Positions 51,141 to 64,000 of a DNA stretch of 64,000 nucleotides are shown here, piece by piece. Source of the stretch: Nymphaea colorata (Eukaryota); contig NC_045138.2 in NCBI RefSeq assembly GCF_008831285.2, forward strand, positions 25,172,001-25,236,000, given 5' to 3'. Position 1 is the first letter of the stretch, and every line of letters starts with the position of its first letter. Made by a program: the position numbers and the translations under genes. The notes under the pieces are model-generated. The model was not told where the DNA came from. It ran no database searches and was given only the letters and a program-made list of their open reading frames with translations.

Positions 51141-54100
51141 TGTCTGTGTTGCATGTTTCTGTCCTCTTTTCATCACAATCGGCAGCATTCAGTATGGTCT
51201 TGGAATTCCTGATTGGCAGTTTTATGAGAAGCCGAAAATGTGCACGACGGTCTCCATTCCCATTCTTATATATTAAATTACTTGGTCCTGTCAATAGAGT
51301 TGTTTTAATTTGGTAGCCATGGCTGTGAACCTTGTGGTAAAGCGCAGTTTAATTTTCGTGTCACGCTTTCTGCAAGCCAAAGATGTGCATGCCCATGTGG
51401 CTTCGACAACTTCTCGAGTTCTCACAGTTGCATCAACAGTGATTCCTTTCCTACTTGCATGAAAAGACAGGAAATAAAATTTGGGAAATGGCCGATTGTG
51501 CAAGTAGCTTCCTTGTCATCTGTCTCTTGAAAATCAATCATGAAGGTTGAAAATGAAGGCAGCACAGAGATCATGCAAAACGCACACTGTTGTGTACTCC
51601 CCGAAAAATATGGAAACGGATTTCCTCTTTAGCTGGTGTTATAGCTAGCTAATGCTTTTTTGCTTCTCCAATTAAAGAAAGCTCAGTTCTGGCTCTTATT
51701 TGATAGTTTCTATGTAAGTGACAGAAAATTTGAAGAGAGTAGCATGCTTACATAATTTTTTAAAAATACTAAAAGTATTTGTTTTAGTTAGGCAGCATGA
51801 GAAAACAAAAAAAAAAATATGCACATGAATGACGAAATTACCGATAACAGAAAAATAAAAATTGCAAAAAGGAGAAAGAAAAGGGCCGACGGAGATGACC
51901 TTGGCTGTCTAACAAGTATGGACGATGGAGACGTCGTTGTTGACCCTTGCCACCCGGAGTAGGTGCGGACAAGAATTGGCTTTTGAGGGGCTGTCACCTG
52001 ATTAATAATATTTTTGAAACTTTTTATGAGGGTTAACTTTTATTTTTCAAAAAAAAAAAAAAAAAACCTTAGTCAAGTATATAACTTTAAAAATGTTAAT
52101 ATATAAAAGTTTGTTGAGCTTGGATCAATAAATAAGCTCGAACCGCATTGCAGTACGCGCCTTTGAAAAGCACTTAAAATATTTCTAATGCTGAGCCTAC
52201 TCGGACTTGACTGAACTTTGAATGGGCTACTCAAACTGTGACTCTGACCTTTTAGGCTCGAGCTTGACTTGTTCACTCATAAGATCAAACCACCAAGTCT
52301 AGGCAACCTGGACTTGCTTATCCATCAACTGAACACCAATAAAACTCGATCCTGGAGAGCAGGGAGCAACGGACACTGTTTGCTTTTAAAAATACAATCT
52401 CCAGGAATTTTCTCAAGTGAAAAGCTCCTTAAATTATGAAGAAGCAGTACTTTTGTCACTTGCTGTTCAGCTTTGTAAGCCACAATCAAAATACTTGCTC
52501 AAGTATGTTCATGTTTTGTGCTTTTCATTCAATTTCATCTGAAAATGTTCATATAATTCCACCTAGTAAACCTGTCCCAAGCGGGCTTTCGCAACGAACC
52601 CCGTCCGTTTTATACGACCCCTGATATCAGTGGATCCTTGATAATATAAATCCTTTCTTGTATAAATGGTCGAAATTAGAAGCTGGAGATATAATCCAAT
52701 TAAAAAATCATCTGTTAGTTCAACCGGAGGAGCATACCTAAAAGGACTGAACCAAAGAACCTTGCTTGCTTAATGGGTAGTTAGAAGATAGTATAATATG
52801 TCGGAGTGTAGTTACCTAACCAGGTAGATGGAACTATATACCAGAAATTTGTGAAAGAAAGAAAGGGAGGCCCTTAATTTGGAAGGAACAAAAAGGCGAG
52901 CGGATGACGTTATCTGCTTGGCTCTAGTGGTAGTATGGATCACCGCTATAAATCTATGGCGGTGATGGCGCCTGCTACTTAGTCATTAAAAGCAGTAATA
53001 AATTTTACAAGGGATGGACGCTTGCTTCTTGATTTTTGAACTGAATTATACGCCGTTGTTGTTTTGTAATCACCGAATTGTTATTTCATGGTTTTCCTTC
53101 AACCAGATTGTAAATTTATTTTCCTGCAATTGCTTTTGGAAATTAATAAAGTTCATTTGCGATTGAGAGAGAGGAGAGATAAGAGTTCTTCTTTTTTTTA
53201 GCCTTACCTGTGGAAACGTCTTTTAAGTTTGGCCTTAACGTTTTATGTTCCATAAAGCACCGGTTTGCTAATTGTTTTGCAAACCCAGCAGGTCATTCAC
53301 AATTTTAAATGGATAGTATTATAAATATATCAATGATTGGTTCATTCTTTTAGTTTTTAAATACATTTTAGGTTGCAACATAATTATCCTCAGTTTGATT
53401 CTTGTGAGCAGTTACTTTTCTCGACTGCAAATTGTAGCAGTGCGGTAGATGCATCATGGGTCTACCTATGTTCTGAAAAATTTGTATAAAATCTGCATAC
53501 TTGAAGCTGTTGTCTTAGTGGTTCGGCTGATTCGGCAATTCAGATGAATCGGTAACCAATCCCCAAAAAGGAATAGTTAATTACAATAACCAATCCGGAA
53601 CAAAAAAAAAATGTTAAGTACATTTTCTAAATTAAATATAAAACTATAAAGTAACAAAAACCTAGAAAACAATTGAACGTATTTTAAAAAACATAAAGTT
53701 AAATGAAATGTATACGACAAGTGGCCTCCTTGCACGGGCGGATGCAATTATCAGGCCGACTTTTATAACTCTGGTTGGTATGATTTAAGAGAAATAATTG
53801 TATTTAAGCCACAGGCATGCAGAAACTGGACGTGTACAATCATGAATATTGTCTATACTTTCTCCTATAAGGTTCTTCATGATTATGAAAGCAAATAAAA
53901 CAAGAAGATCGATGAAATGAAGTAGCTAACGACTTTCTACTTTCTAGTAGATTTTTTAATCATATATGATGTACAGCCAGGTGTTCCTGCTGAATATCAT
54001 TGGGTTGCCGTTGTTAGGTGATTTCATAAAGGAAAAAGACAGAAAAAACAAATCATAGGAGTTTGATATACTAATGCAGCGCGCCGGCCAAACGTAAGAA

Positions 54101-54658
54101 TTGAACAAGAAAATAACGACTAGCTAAGATAAATTACAACTCCTATGGAATGCCCTCCGTACTGGAAATTTTCGTGATTTTTCTAACTTTTGGACATTTG
54201 CGCTACCTAAAAAGTAGTCAAAAGAGTAGGTCAGCCAATCTTTGAATATATATATATATATATGAGAAGAGAGAGAGATAGGAGATGCTCAAAATGGTTA
54301 AAATTTAAAAATTTGTCAACAAAAAAAAAAAACATAAATCATCACTAAAGCTATCGGCTCACCATAAGCTCTAAGTAATATTCATGTAGTAATTTTTTTT
54401 AGTTATAAATTTTTTAATTTTAGTCATCCATAGGAGCGCAGAATGCATAGAGAATTTCACCTCTTATAATATAAGGGCAGACATAAGGTGGGGCAAGGGT
54501 GCCGGCCATTTAATCGGGCCTTCCATGCAAAGGGACGGTTGAGAAAAAAACATAATATAAAAATGAAAACTAATGGTAGATTGTGAAAATACTCATCTTT
54601 TTGTTTTTTCATTACGAAGGATTGATCAGCTCTTATTAAATGGAAATGTGACTCTAAA

Positions 54659-54712
<54 letters not shown>

Positions 54713-56827
54713 GAGAAAGGGAGAGTCTCAGATACCCACCATAGAAAAGCGACTTTCCCTTGGTCCGTTTCCTGATTGTTAAAAGCCAGAACCCTATTCC
54801 TGGTGAATCAGCTCACGGTAGAGAACACAAAATCTAATGCTTCTTCCAAAATAGTGTATATCACCATTGTATTCACAGCCTCTTGATCACTTAACACAGA
54901 AACCAGAATGCAACCCATGGGCTGCTGCACTCTCCAAAGAGCTTTCTATAATGTCCTGCTGCTACAGCAGATTGTTCCTTTCTTCCCTTTCCATCTTTTC
55001 TTCTGAAATTTTCGAGGGTCAGGTGGTCGTTGACAGCAGCAGTTGGGAGGTTGGAGGCCACCATTAAAGACAAGGGGTGCGGGGCTTTTATTGGAGGCTA
55101 AAAAGCGACTGACCGCTCAGCCATTTCCCCTGCTCTGCCAAAGATTCCAATCGGAGCAGTGGGAGCTTCAAAAACCGGGCGGCAGAGCTGTCCCGGTGAA
55201 ATGTAAAAGAACTTAAAATTTGAAGGGGAGGAGGGAAGGGCGGGGCCTGTGAATTTGTCACTCAGTGGTACTCAGTACAAGCATGCTTCAGTGTCAGGAA
55301 GGGAATCGGACAGGTTAGGAATAAATGGCAAATTTAATTGGATGTACCCAAGAAGCAGAAACAATGGCCATAATGGCAGTAATGGCAAGGGTCCAACTAG
55401 AGAGAGAAGAAGGCATTAATTAAATGGAATCCGGCGTGGCGCGAGGTCCCCTTTGAGTTAATTGTTTGAATATGAGTCGGTGAGATGGTTGGCCCGAGAG
55501 ACCAACCATACTTCTCTTGGTTCTTTCTGAGAATTATTGCGAGAAACGAAGGAAAACCGAGGGGAAAAGCGAACTGATCACTACAGAAAAGAGAGTTGTT
55601 GGTGTGCTTCTGTCAGCAGATAAAAGAGAAAGAGAGAGAGAGAGTAGGTGAAACGCATATTCTGGCGACCAAAAGGTACGAGTAGAGTAAGTGTGGGGCG
55701 TGATCAAAGCAGGATATAAGAAGCTTAACCGAAATTTAGTAAAGAAATGAGGGACGAAAAGGAGGGCATAGGGGAGCAAGCAGGAAGCTGCGGAGGTGCA
55801 TGCGAATGCAGACAGTCACTAATCAAGAACGCTGAGGCGTGGGAATGTCAGGGAAAATAAATTCTCGAACAGAATGGGTGAGAAAGTTGGTTTAATTTCT
55901 TCTTCCGACTCATTAATGTCCTCCATCTAACACCACACGATCATACTATTTTTAGAGAGAGAACCAGAGGTTTACTGTTCTTCCAACCATTAGTAAGACG
56001 GTGGAACCTAGAGACACCTATTTGGTTTTATATATATGTGTGCAAGAGGAACTTGGTTGGTGAAGACCTAACTCTGCAGACCGACAGACGACGTCCGATG
56101 AGTTTGATCGGACAGTACACTGTAATTATCAGATTGTCTTCTTTTGATCTTGGAGTCAAATGTCCCGAAGGCGTCCATATGAACCCATCACTAGATTCCG
56201 AGGTGGGTAGGCCCTTGTGCTTCACAACTAACGTTACATAACCTTTTGGTAGATATCTGAGACACGAAAATGCAATTTTTTTTAGCATTCAAGAGGTGTC
56301 GGCTCTTAGCACAATGGAGCAATATGCATTTTTTCTTCCATCTGTATTACCAAATTAATGGAAATTATATCCCGAACCTCCCCTTAACTTCGTGACATCG
56401 ATAAGTAGCTTTATCTTATTGATCAGAGAACCCCGGACGGCCGTGTTTTCCGAGGCCGACACTTTTTCCGACGACCATTGTTTTGAATTTTCAGGTCATG
56501 AGATCCATGGCCATACTTTTACGGTCTATAATCTATATATAGCGCTGGTGACGGAATAAATTCACAATAAATAAGTTGCCATCTGCATCTCTTAGACTTT
56601 ATTTCCCTGCAGAATTAACAGTTTGTTTGCTAGTGATTGAATAACATCGACCCCAAGCCCATGGAGTCGGTGTCATATATTCTCGCTTGCTTGGCATTGA
56701 GCTCCATACAAGCTTTAATTCTGAGTAACCTCTATTTACTGCGGCGAGTGAAAGGACGAGAGGTGCCCGCTAATTACAGAGCGTCTAACTTTTGGAGGTT
56801 CTTCGCTGGATTGCAGCCCACAGTTGC

Positions 56828-56836
56828 TATATAAAC
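56828..56836 (+). promoter_or_regulatory. Probable TATA box of pri-MIR171
   Basis: CTATATAAACCC about 480 bp upstream of the hairpin on the same strand. Splice-donor-like sites flank the hairpin (GTAAGT near 57058, CAG|GTAAA at 57444). Confidence 0.5.
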
Positions 56837-57309
56837 CCTCTGGACTTGTTTATTTGGTGTGTTGCTTGTCCACAAGCCAAGTGCCCTTGAACTAGAGAGG
56901 GGGATGAGTCACAAGCTGAGAATTGGAAGATCCTTCTGCCAAAAGGCATTCAGTCACAGCTGCTCGAGACTCTTCTTGGTGGTGCAACTTTAATTGCAGT
57001 GAGAAAACCACTGCTTCTGACCTCTCCGTGCTCCCATCCTTTACCTTAATTTCTTATGTAAGTTGGGATGCAAGATCATTGATCAACCTCCTCTCTCTCT
57101 CTTTCTCTCTCGCTCTCTGTGGGGATGAGTTAGTTAAGGAAAACTTTTGAGTTTGAGCTTTTTGCCCCCATCACTGCTGGTGCGGTTTATCTGCATGTTC
57201 ATAGAATTTTGGAGGTAACAATCATTTTTCCTTCTACCTTTTACAACTGCGGATGTGGAATTCGTAGGGTTGCTGGAATCCGGTGAGGATTTGGGTTGCA
57301 ATAAACTAT

Positions 57310-57409
57310 TGCATTAGGAGGAGGTATTGACGTGCCTCAATCTGATGGCACGGCTATAGAGTTTATAGCTCTGTGATCGGATTGAGCCGCGTCAATATCT
57401 CCTGCTGCA
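57310..57409 (+). ncRNA. MIR171: MIR171 precursor hairpin (mature on 3' arm, about 57379-57399 or 57382-57402)
   Basis: The 3' arm ATCGGATTGAGCCGCGTCAATATCTCC (57376-57402) pairs with the 5' arm GGAGGTATTGACGTGCCTCAATCTGAT (57320-57346) with 3 G:U pairs and 1 mismatch. The upper stem gctataga/tttatagc continues the fold. The TTGAGCCGCGTCAATATC core is miR171-family sequence. Confidence 0.93.
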
Positions 57410-58593
57410 CGATCTGTTAGCTGCATCTTCCCCAGCCCTTCAGGTAAAACCGTTCCTCTCTCCCCCTCCCCCCCCCCTCTCCTCCTCTCTCTCTCTCTCT
57501 CTCTTGTTTGCTGTGATAACTCACCAAATTTTAATGTCTTTCATCTGCGATTATTTTGAAATCTCTTTGCTCTTTCTTCCCATGTCGTGATTGACGCTTG
57601 TTAATAGCTTGGTTTCAATCGAAAAGTATAGCAGACGGACAATTTCTTCTATCTTGCTCCGGCCGCCGGATCATGGTCACGAGCACGATCATCATCATGC
57701 AATTGTGGCTGAGATCGATCCACAACATGACAACTCCTTTGATTTAACGGAAGGTATCGCCATGAAATCAAACCATTTTGAATCGGACCAATTTTACTTT
57801 TTTCTCGATGAGGGCCAACTGAAGACGTCAATTTCAACTGCTTTTGTTGGAGTGTAATAAAAAAAGATTCGGAGAATCGATTCAGGATAACATCGGTCTC
57901 GTTCAGTCTGATTTTACCTATTCAATTCAAAGAAACTGTTGAGTCAAGGAGCTCCTGTACTGCCTCCTCCACCACATCAATCATGTGCTTTCTGCTCGGA
58001 CGATTCTGGAGATTGAAGCTGATCGATTCCTGCAACAGTGGTCCATACCTTTCGATCGAGCCTGCCAGCTACATGTTCTTGTTTTGTAGATTTAATTTTA
58101 CTTGGTAACAAGAAGAAATACATCACAAAATATGGATCTCTGCTAACTGTTTTGTTATCTGTCATGCATAATTCGTGATAGAATTTATTCTCTTTTGTGT
58201 TGGAAGTTTGTAACTTTAATGGGTAGCTAGCAGTGAAACGAGCACATAGAAATAAGGGGGTTGAGCGATAATGGCTCCCCATTTTTACATTTATGAGCAC
58301 TACTTTCTTGGCGGCATAAATTTATGAGAAGCAACTACCGCAGGTACAACAGGCTTGAATTTGGTTGTTTCTTCCCGCACCGATCTCTTCTATAAATCTG
58401 TCTTCGCTTTCTCTCTCTCTCTCTCTCTCTCTTTTGTGTGCAACCTGCATCATCCTCTTCACAAAAGGCATTAGCAAATGAGAACTGATAGGTAGCTGCA
58501 CAAATTAATGCAAGTTAGGAGTTCTTCCAACCGTTGCCTTCCGGTGTCGGCACTTCTGTTTGAATTGCCAGCAAGATGTTTTTCCATTAATGC

Positions 58594-58642
<49 letters not shown>

Positions 58643-59276
58643 GAGCATACACAGTGACCAATTAATGATCCATAATTCCTGAACATGGGGATAGTTAGTT
58701 CAAGAAATTTGAGATGATCACCTTCAGTACAACGTAGGATATAAATTTTTAGATTTCACCAATCAATGTCTCTCCCTTCCTGAAATGGAGATTGTTTAAG
58801 AATAATCTAGAAAGATTACGGGGACTCAACTTTCATGTATGGCAACGGTGGAAAAACAAAGAGTTACATTGGCTTCTTCAACAACTGCGTTTTCTTTGGG
58901 GATCAGGTCAGGTTACATGCACCAAGATTCTTAATCTATAAGATGGTGGGTCGGTCCCAATTGAAACCACAATTTCAAACTCTTTTCTTTGCATTTCATT
59001 GTTCGTGTGAATAATCATCCTTTGGAGACAAAAGGTTTAAATGTTGGTAGTGTACCAGTTTTAAACTGCTAAAAAGGCAAGAACAGAAGTTAAATCACCA
59101 CAACCACATTTCATATATATATATATATATATATATGGTCTTCCAATTTTAAACTTCTAGAAAGGCTAGTTTATAATCTTAAATCTAGGTTTTCTATAAT
59201 GATCAACAACTCTATGACACAAAAAAACTGTGAACTTCAATTGGATGTATAGTTCACTGAATTTAATGTGCGCGTC

Positions 59277-59340
<64 letters not shown>

Positions 59341-60974
59341 AGGACCACCTTCATGAGAGGGCAATGCCCATACTTTTTGGGTAAGCGCATTGAATGGAAT
59401 TAAAACAAAAGGCACGGCATGAGAAGACGAGAAGTGGTACGGCCTTCTAGCATGAACTCTCCATAAGGAGGACTCGAACGTCTTCACTTTATTCTCATCC
59501 TTCACCTGTTTGGTTGGTTTAAAGGAAAGAGTTTCCCCGACGTCAATTGATATGAAGAGAAGGTATCGTGCACAAAAGAATGGTGTCTTGTAGCCAGCCT
59601 TTCAACGACGTGAAAATGACCTCCATGAAAGCTGGTTATCAAGAAGCAACGCCAAATTTTTGAGGCTCTGTTAATTTGGAAACTGGTAGCTGAGACAAGA
59701 TTCACGGTATTAAGCTCCCCAAGCTTCAAATTGAATTGAATCGGAGTAGATTCGAGTCGGCCGATTCAAATGCTTTTTAAGACGTCGTACATTAATGGTT
59801 TTTTCCGGGAAGTCAGAGTGGAAATCTCTGTCATGAATTTATTGGAGCAGTGGAATAACTTATATGGACTTTCTAGACGTGCCAGCGTACACCCGACTCC
59901 GGTCTGCATAAAGAGCAGTACTGCTCACAAAAATGGAGCCGTAATTGCCTATCTGTGGCAGCACATGGGAATGTAGATCCAAATTCACCTCCGTGAAATG
60001 TTCAAGGTATGCAGTTGAAATGAAAGAGTCATGAACTCCTTCTGGTGACAGTGAAAAAAAAGAAAAGCCAAGGATTGGGAACTCCCAGTTCTCTTGATGC
60101 AGTTTGATCCCTCTCTTACACACAGTAAGCGCAGCTATTACTAACGTGATAAAGTGGTAACTCAATTTTATGTAACTCAATTTTGTGAGAATTTGGTCTT
60201 ACGAAAACCAGATTTTTTTTTTAATGAGTTTTGAAAACAAAGATTTTTTTTTCTGGGTAACACAGCCCAAACCCAGTTTTTTATGAAGAACTTCCCAGCG
60301 GTTAGGTTTTCCAATTTTTTTTTTTTGGAAAACATGATTTTGTCAAAATTGGGTTTTGAGGAAAACCCAGTTTTGTTGGATCCAAGCACTCCAAAAATTT
60401 GGTTTTAGAAGTGAAATCAAGTTTTGCCTCCAAAACTTGATTTTAGAATGTTATCCAAATGCCCCCCAACTTATTTCACTTGTTTCGCTTAGAAGTTCAA
60501 CGTTATGAGCGGAAACTTGACAACGTATAAATGCGTCTATAAACGATTCAAGATGATGGATGAATACCAGACATGCATCCATGACGGCACGTATTCTATG
60601 GGCTGTTGAGACCGGCCAGTCGGGTGTTTGATAGCTGGAGAAGTTTTTTCCAAGAGTGCTCACCACCGTGATGGCTTTTTCCATGGCTGGCAGTTCAAGG
60701 AGACAAGTTGTTTATGGTAACTTTTTTTTTTCTTTTTGGTGAGCCGAAGGAAGCACACAGCTCGAATGAAGGCTGAAATTTCCTACCTTCTCCATCTTCT
60801 TAGGGTCAAAGGTTGCTTTAGTGTTTTAGGGAGGTATTCTCGCTATGCATCAGCTTATATATCGGTGCCATCTTTTACGCTACAGAGGATTGATATCATG
60901 AGAGATTAAAACAGAAACAGACCACCTACCAGCCCATGTTCTGACTGTTGCACCAACTCCTTCGATGATTCTAA

Positions 60975-61046
60975 CTTGTGTGAGTTTGATGGTGTACCTT
61001 GTGTGAGTTTGATGGTGTACCTTGTGTGAGTTTGATGGTGTACCTT
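60975..61046. repeat. 23-bp tandem repeat x3
   Basis: cttgtgtgagtttgatggtgtac at 60975, 60998 and 61021. Confidence 0.92.
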
Positions 61047-61283
61047 ATATACATAATGAAGTAAATAACGTTACTCATCAAACACACACTTAGCTATTAA
61101 GGGAAAGTATAGTTTGGGTAAGCGCTTATGGTAGAGCGGGTGAGGGAGTGTACATGGTCGGAGAAGGCAAAATGTTTCACAAATTGGTATATATTAAGGC
61201 CTGTTACGTAGGATTTGAATTATTCAGAGATACACGTCAAAATATGAGCACCAGGAGAAGGACCATGCCTGTAAGTCAGCCGC

Positions 61284-61615
61284 TGAATCATGCGTTTCCT
61301 GTGAGAAAACATGATCTCTCCAAGCTTCAAATATTTATGAAGAAATTCATTATCCTTGGTCAAAGTTCGACATGCTATTTTCTTTGCTTAATCACATTAT
61401 TAATTGCATCATCTTTCTCTCTCGCAACTAAAGGGACAGCCCATTACTCCTCTCTGGAACAAGTGAAGGACATTTATGGTGAAATGGTTGAATCATGAGT
61501 TTCCTGTGAACATGATCTCTCCAAGCTTCAAATATTTATGAAGAAGTTTAGGAACATTGGTCAAAGATGGATATGTTATTTTCCTTAATTAATCACATTA
61601 ATTGCATCTTCTCCC
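61284..61615. repeat. About 130-bp diverged direct repeat
   Basis: tgaatcatg(c/a)gtttcctgtga...catgatctctccaagcttcaaatatttatgaagaa...ttaatcacatta..attgcatc at about 61284-61420 and 61490-61615. Confidence 0.8.
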
Positions 61616-61699
61616 TCCCCCCTCTCTCTCTCTCCTTGGAATCGGTTGGCAGATGAGTGACAAACTCCCCAAATCAATGTGGCATCATCTAAGAATCGA

Positions 61700-61942
61700 G
61701 AGATTCCGATCATGTAAAGCATGAGTTTCGCATCCAAGGTTGCAATTTTCGTAAATAAAGTCTGATTTATAATCCATTTTACTTTTTATTTATGTAGTTT
61801 TTGTATTCTACAAACATCCAAGTCAACTATGATCATATTGATTTTTTTTTTCATGTGTATACGAATTCAAATATGTAAAGATTCGGATATGAATATGATA
61901 AAAAGGCTTCATTCAATTTGAATCTTCTCCATTGACAACCCT
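61700..61942. mobile_element. Partial copy (right end) of the same MITE family
   Basis: Ends CCATTGACAACCCT, the reverse complement of the AGGGATGTCAATGG-like terminus. Internal similarity to 32790-32860. The left boundary is uncertain. Confidence 0.45.
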
Positions 61943-64000
61943 TCTAGCTTTCACGTGGGTGTTCTAAAAGGGCAAACTGAATCTAAAACTTGCAACATGT
62001 ATTCAGAAACTCGATCAGCAGATACCATTTCCAAAATTTTATTCAGCATCAGTTGTTATCGATATGCATTTTTAAAGTTGAATAGGACCGTCAAGAGATA
62101 AAACACAGCGTAATGTGATTAAATACAATGACAGTTACCAAGTGCTCTGGCACTCTTTTAGTGCCAAAGAAAGCGAAAATACCGCGCCAGAGCCTTCATG
62201 GCCAGAGTTTGCTTCTATGGCGGATTGTGCGCCCTGCTAGTTGAAGAAATGACAGAGAAAGAAAGGGCCGGGCTTTCTTCCTAAACCAAGTTTTCTTCTT
62301 GCTTTTATCATTTCCGGGTGCGTCGGAATGAGTCGGAAGTAAACAACTCATCAACCGGAAAAGAAGTTCGATGACCTCCGAGTCTCCCTGCCTTCCACGT
62401 CCAGATTTTCCGTTTGCTTTTATCATTTCAGAAGCTTGTTTGCTTGCATAAATTGGCAAGCTTACTATGCAAATAACACTTAGAAGATCGTCACCAATTG
62501 GTGGAACAGTGCTGCCATTAATTTGTCCAGAGAGCTGCATCGCTGGTGGATCTCTGTCTCCGTAGCTCCACCAGTGGTGGCAAGGCTACTTGTCCGGACC
62601 ATGCCATCTCTACGTACATTAGCGGCAGGACCGAGTGGAAAGTTCACTTTTCCACTTTCCCCTGTCCCAAAGGGACGTTCGATGTTCCTTTTCTTGTTTC
62701 CTTCGATGTCCTCAAAATCCGGAGGGCCATTGCCCACACTGCCCGATACCTCCATAATTTTTATTTGTTTATCTCTAAGTAAAGTCCAAAACTTAAACTA
62801 TTTGTGCCCCTTAGTTACGTTTCTAGTTCCGCCAACCGAGAGCAAGAACATGGAGTTCGTGTGACATGCATTCCAGAAGCATGCTTCTCAAGAACATAAT
62901 ATTCTTCTTAATATTCTAAAATAAGTTCAATCATGAAAAATGATAGACATATGTTGACCTATACTTTGAACCAAATCGGCTGGCCGATATCAGTAATCTA
63001 GTGCTTAATTTTACATAAATTGGTCAGTAGTTTGGCAACAAATCAACATTAAGCGTGAGAATATTTAGCTGCTTCACTAATTAAACATTGGTAAGGAATT
63101 TTACCCAAACAGGTTTTACCCTTAACTGAACTTAAAACCAGATTAATTTCCTCATACCATTTTATCAACGAGGTAACAGAGAGCTACCATACACAGGCAT
63201 AATTTATTGCTTAGATGAAACCAAACCCATGTTATAAACCTGATTTTAGAATGAAAGAAAAAAACTCCAAATGGCTTATTCAGACACTCTGATCCGGTTT
63301 TAAGCACGATTTTAGCATCATCTATTCTAATGATGGGTCCAAACCGAGGTGTTTGAAATGGAACTGGAGGACAAGAAAGATGCATATTTTCTATGCCACT
63401 GGCGACCCATTCTAATTCATCTAGAAAAGCTTTAGTGATGTTGCCTTGCAGAAACAGAGGATGTGGGCTCCAAATACTGAACCCTAGACCTTCTTCAATA
63501 TGGAGGTTTTAGCCAACCCATTTAACAAAGTATGCATAGCCATTGTGGGCATCAAATAGTGCATTTTATGGGCAGACTTTGTATGCCAAGTGGGAAATCA
63601 TATTATTAATCGTACAGGTTGATACTGGTAGAGTGAAACAAGGGTTCATTTCTTTCTCATGATATTACTATCCGGCTAACGAGGACTCCATAGTATGGTT
63701 TTCGATGCAGAGGTTCAGTTGACGTTTAATTTGCCAATGGATCTCTAAATCGAAATTTTGGATTTTAGCTAAGGTTAGGATTTCATTTGGAATAGATGCT
63801 GCCTGCTCCTAGAGACCCTGCTAAGAAGGAGCTTGACTAACGAGTGTTTTTCCTTTTTTCTTATTTTCCAGGGAAACCATTGAAAGTATGGAACTATTGA
63901 CCAAATTTTTTGTATGTTAACCTTGTAGACGTAATCTAACTGTAACAGTATCTAGTTGATACAAAGTAAAACAGATGAACAAATCCATTGGGTACACAAA

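Noticed and set aside
62196..62864. Overlapping ORFs of 78-114 aa on both strands in a GC-richer patch
   Set aside because: No recognisable domain or peptide-hormone motif and no supportable exon chain. It may be regulatory DNA or a decayed fragment; a BLASTX search would be needed.
63704..63715. GATGCAGAGGTT, a partial complement of miR162
   Set aside because: Only 12 nt match, with no hairpin and no DCL1-like coding context.

Overview
AT-rich angiosperm nuclear DNA with spliceosomal introns, many (AT)n/(AG)n microsatellites and MITE-like relics; the species cannot be fixed from sequence alone. Four multi-exon genes can be assembled by hand with frame-consistent splice junctions: a mitochondrial ribosomal protein uS15m-like gene (minus, 11144->5266), a MACPF-domain gene (14616-20552, first intron apparently GC-AG), a GAMYB-class R2R3-MYB with an intact miR159 site (23704-26889) and an ankyrin/GPCR-chaperone (ANKRD13-like) gene (38647-41782). 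A clear MIR171 hairpin lies at about 57310-57409, with a TATA box and a candidate 29-aa miPEP ORF upstream. The most interesting region is 43.2-51.2 kb: a same-strand tandem array of five intronless 67-71 aa microprotein genes in two subtypes (order A,A,B,A,B). They share an N-terminal LSCF..RVxC motif, a variable K/E-rich linker and a conserved C-terminal APIxVxxFPxxxQx(S/P)RL* tail ending in a PTS1-type tripeptide. The A-type promoters carry stacked NAC-dimer sites, including exact matches to the mitochondrial dysfunction motif CTTG-N5-CAAG. I cannot assign this family a known function; that it is a stress-inducible microprotein or peptide-precursor module is inference. Coordinates were counted by hand, and repeat boundaries are approximate.
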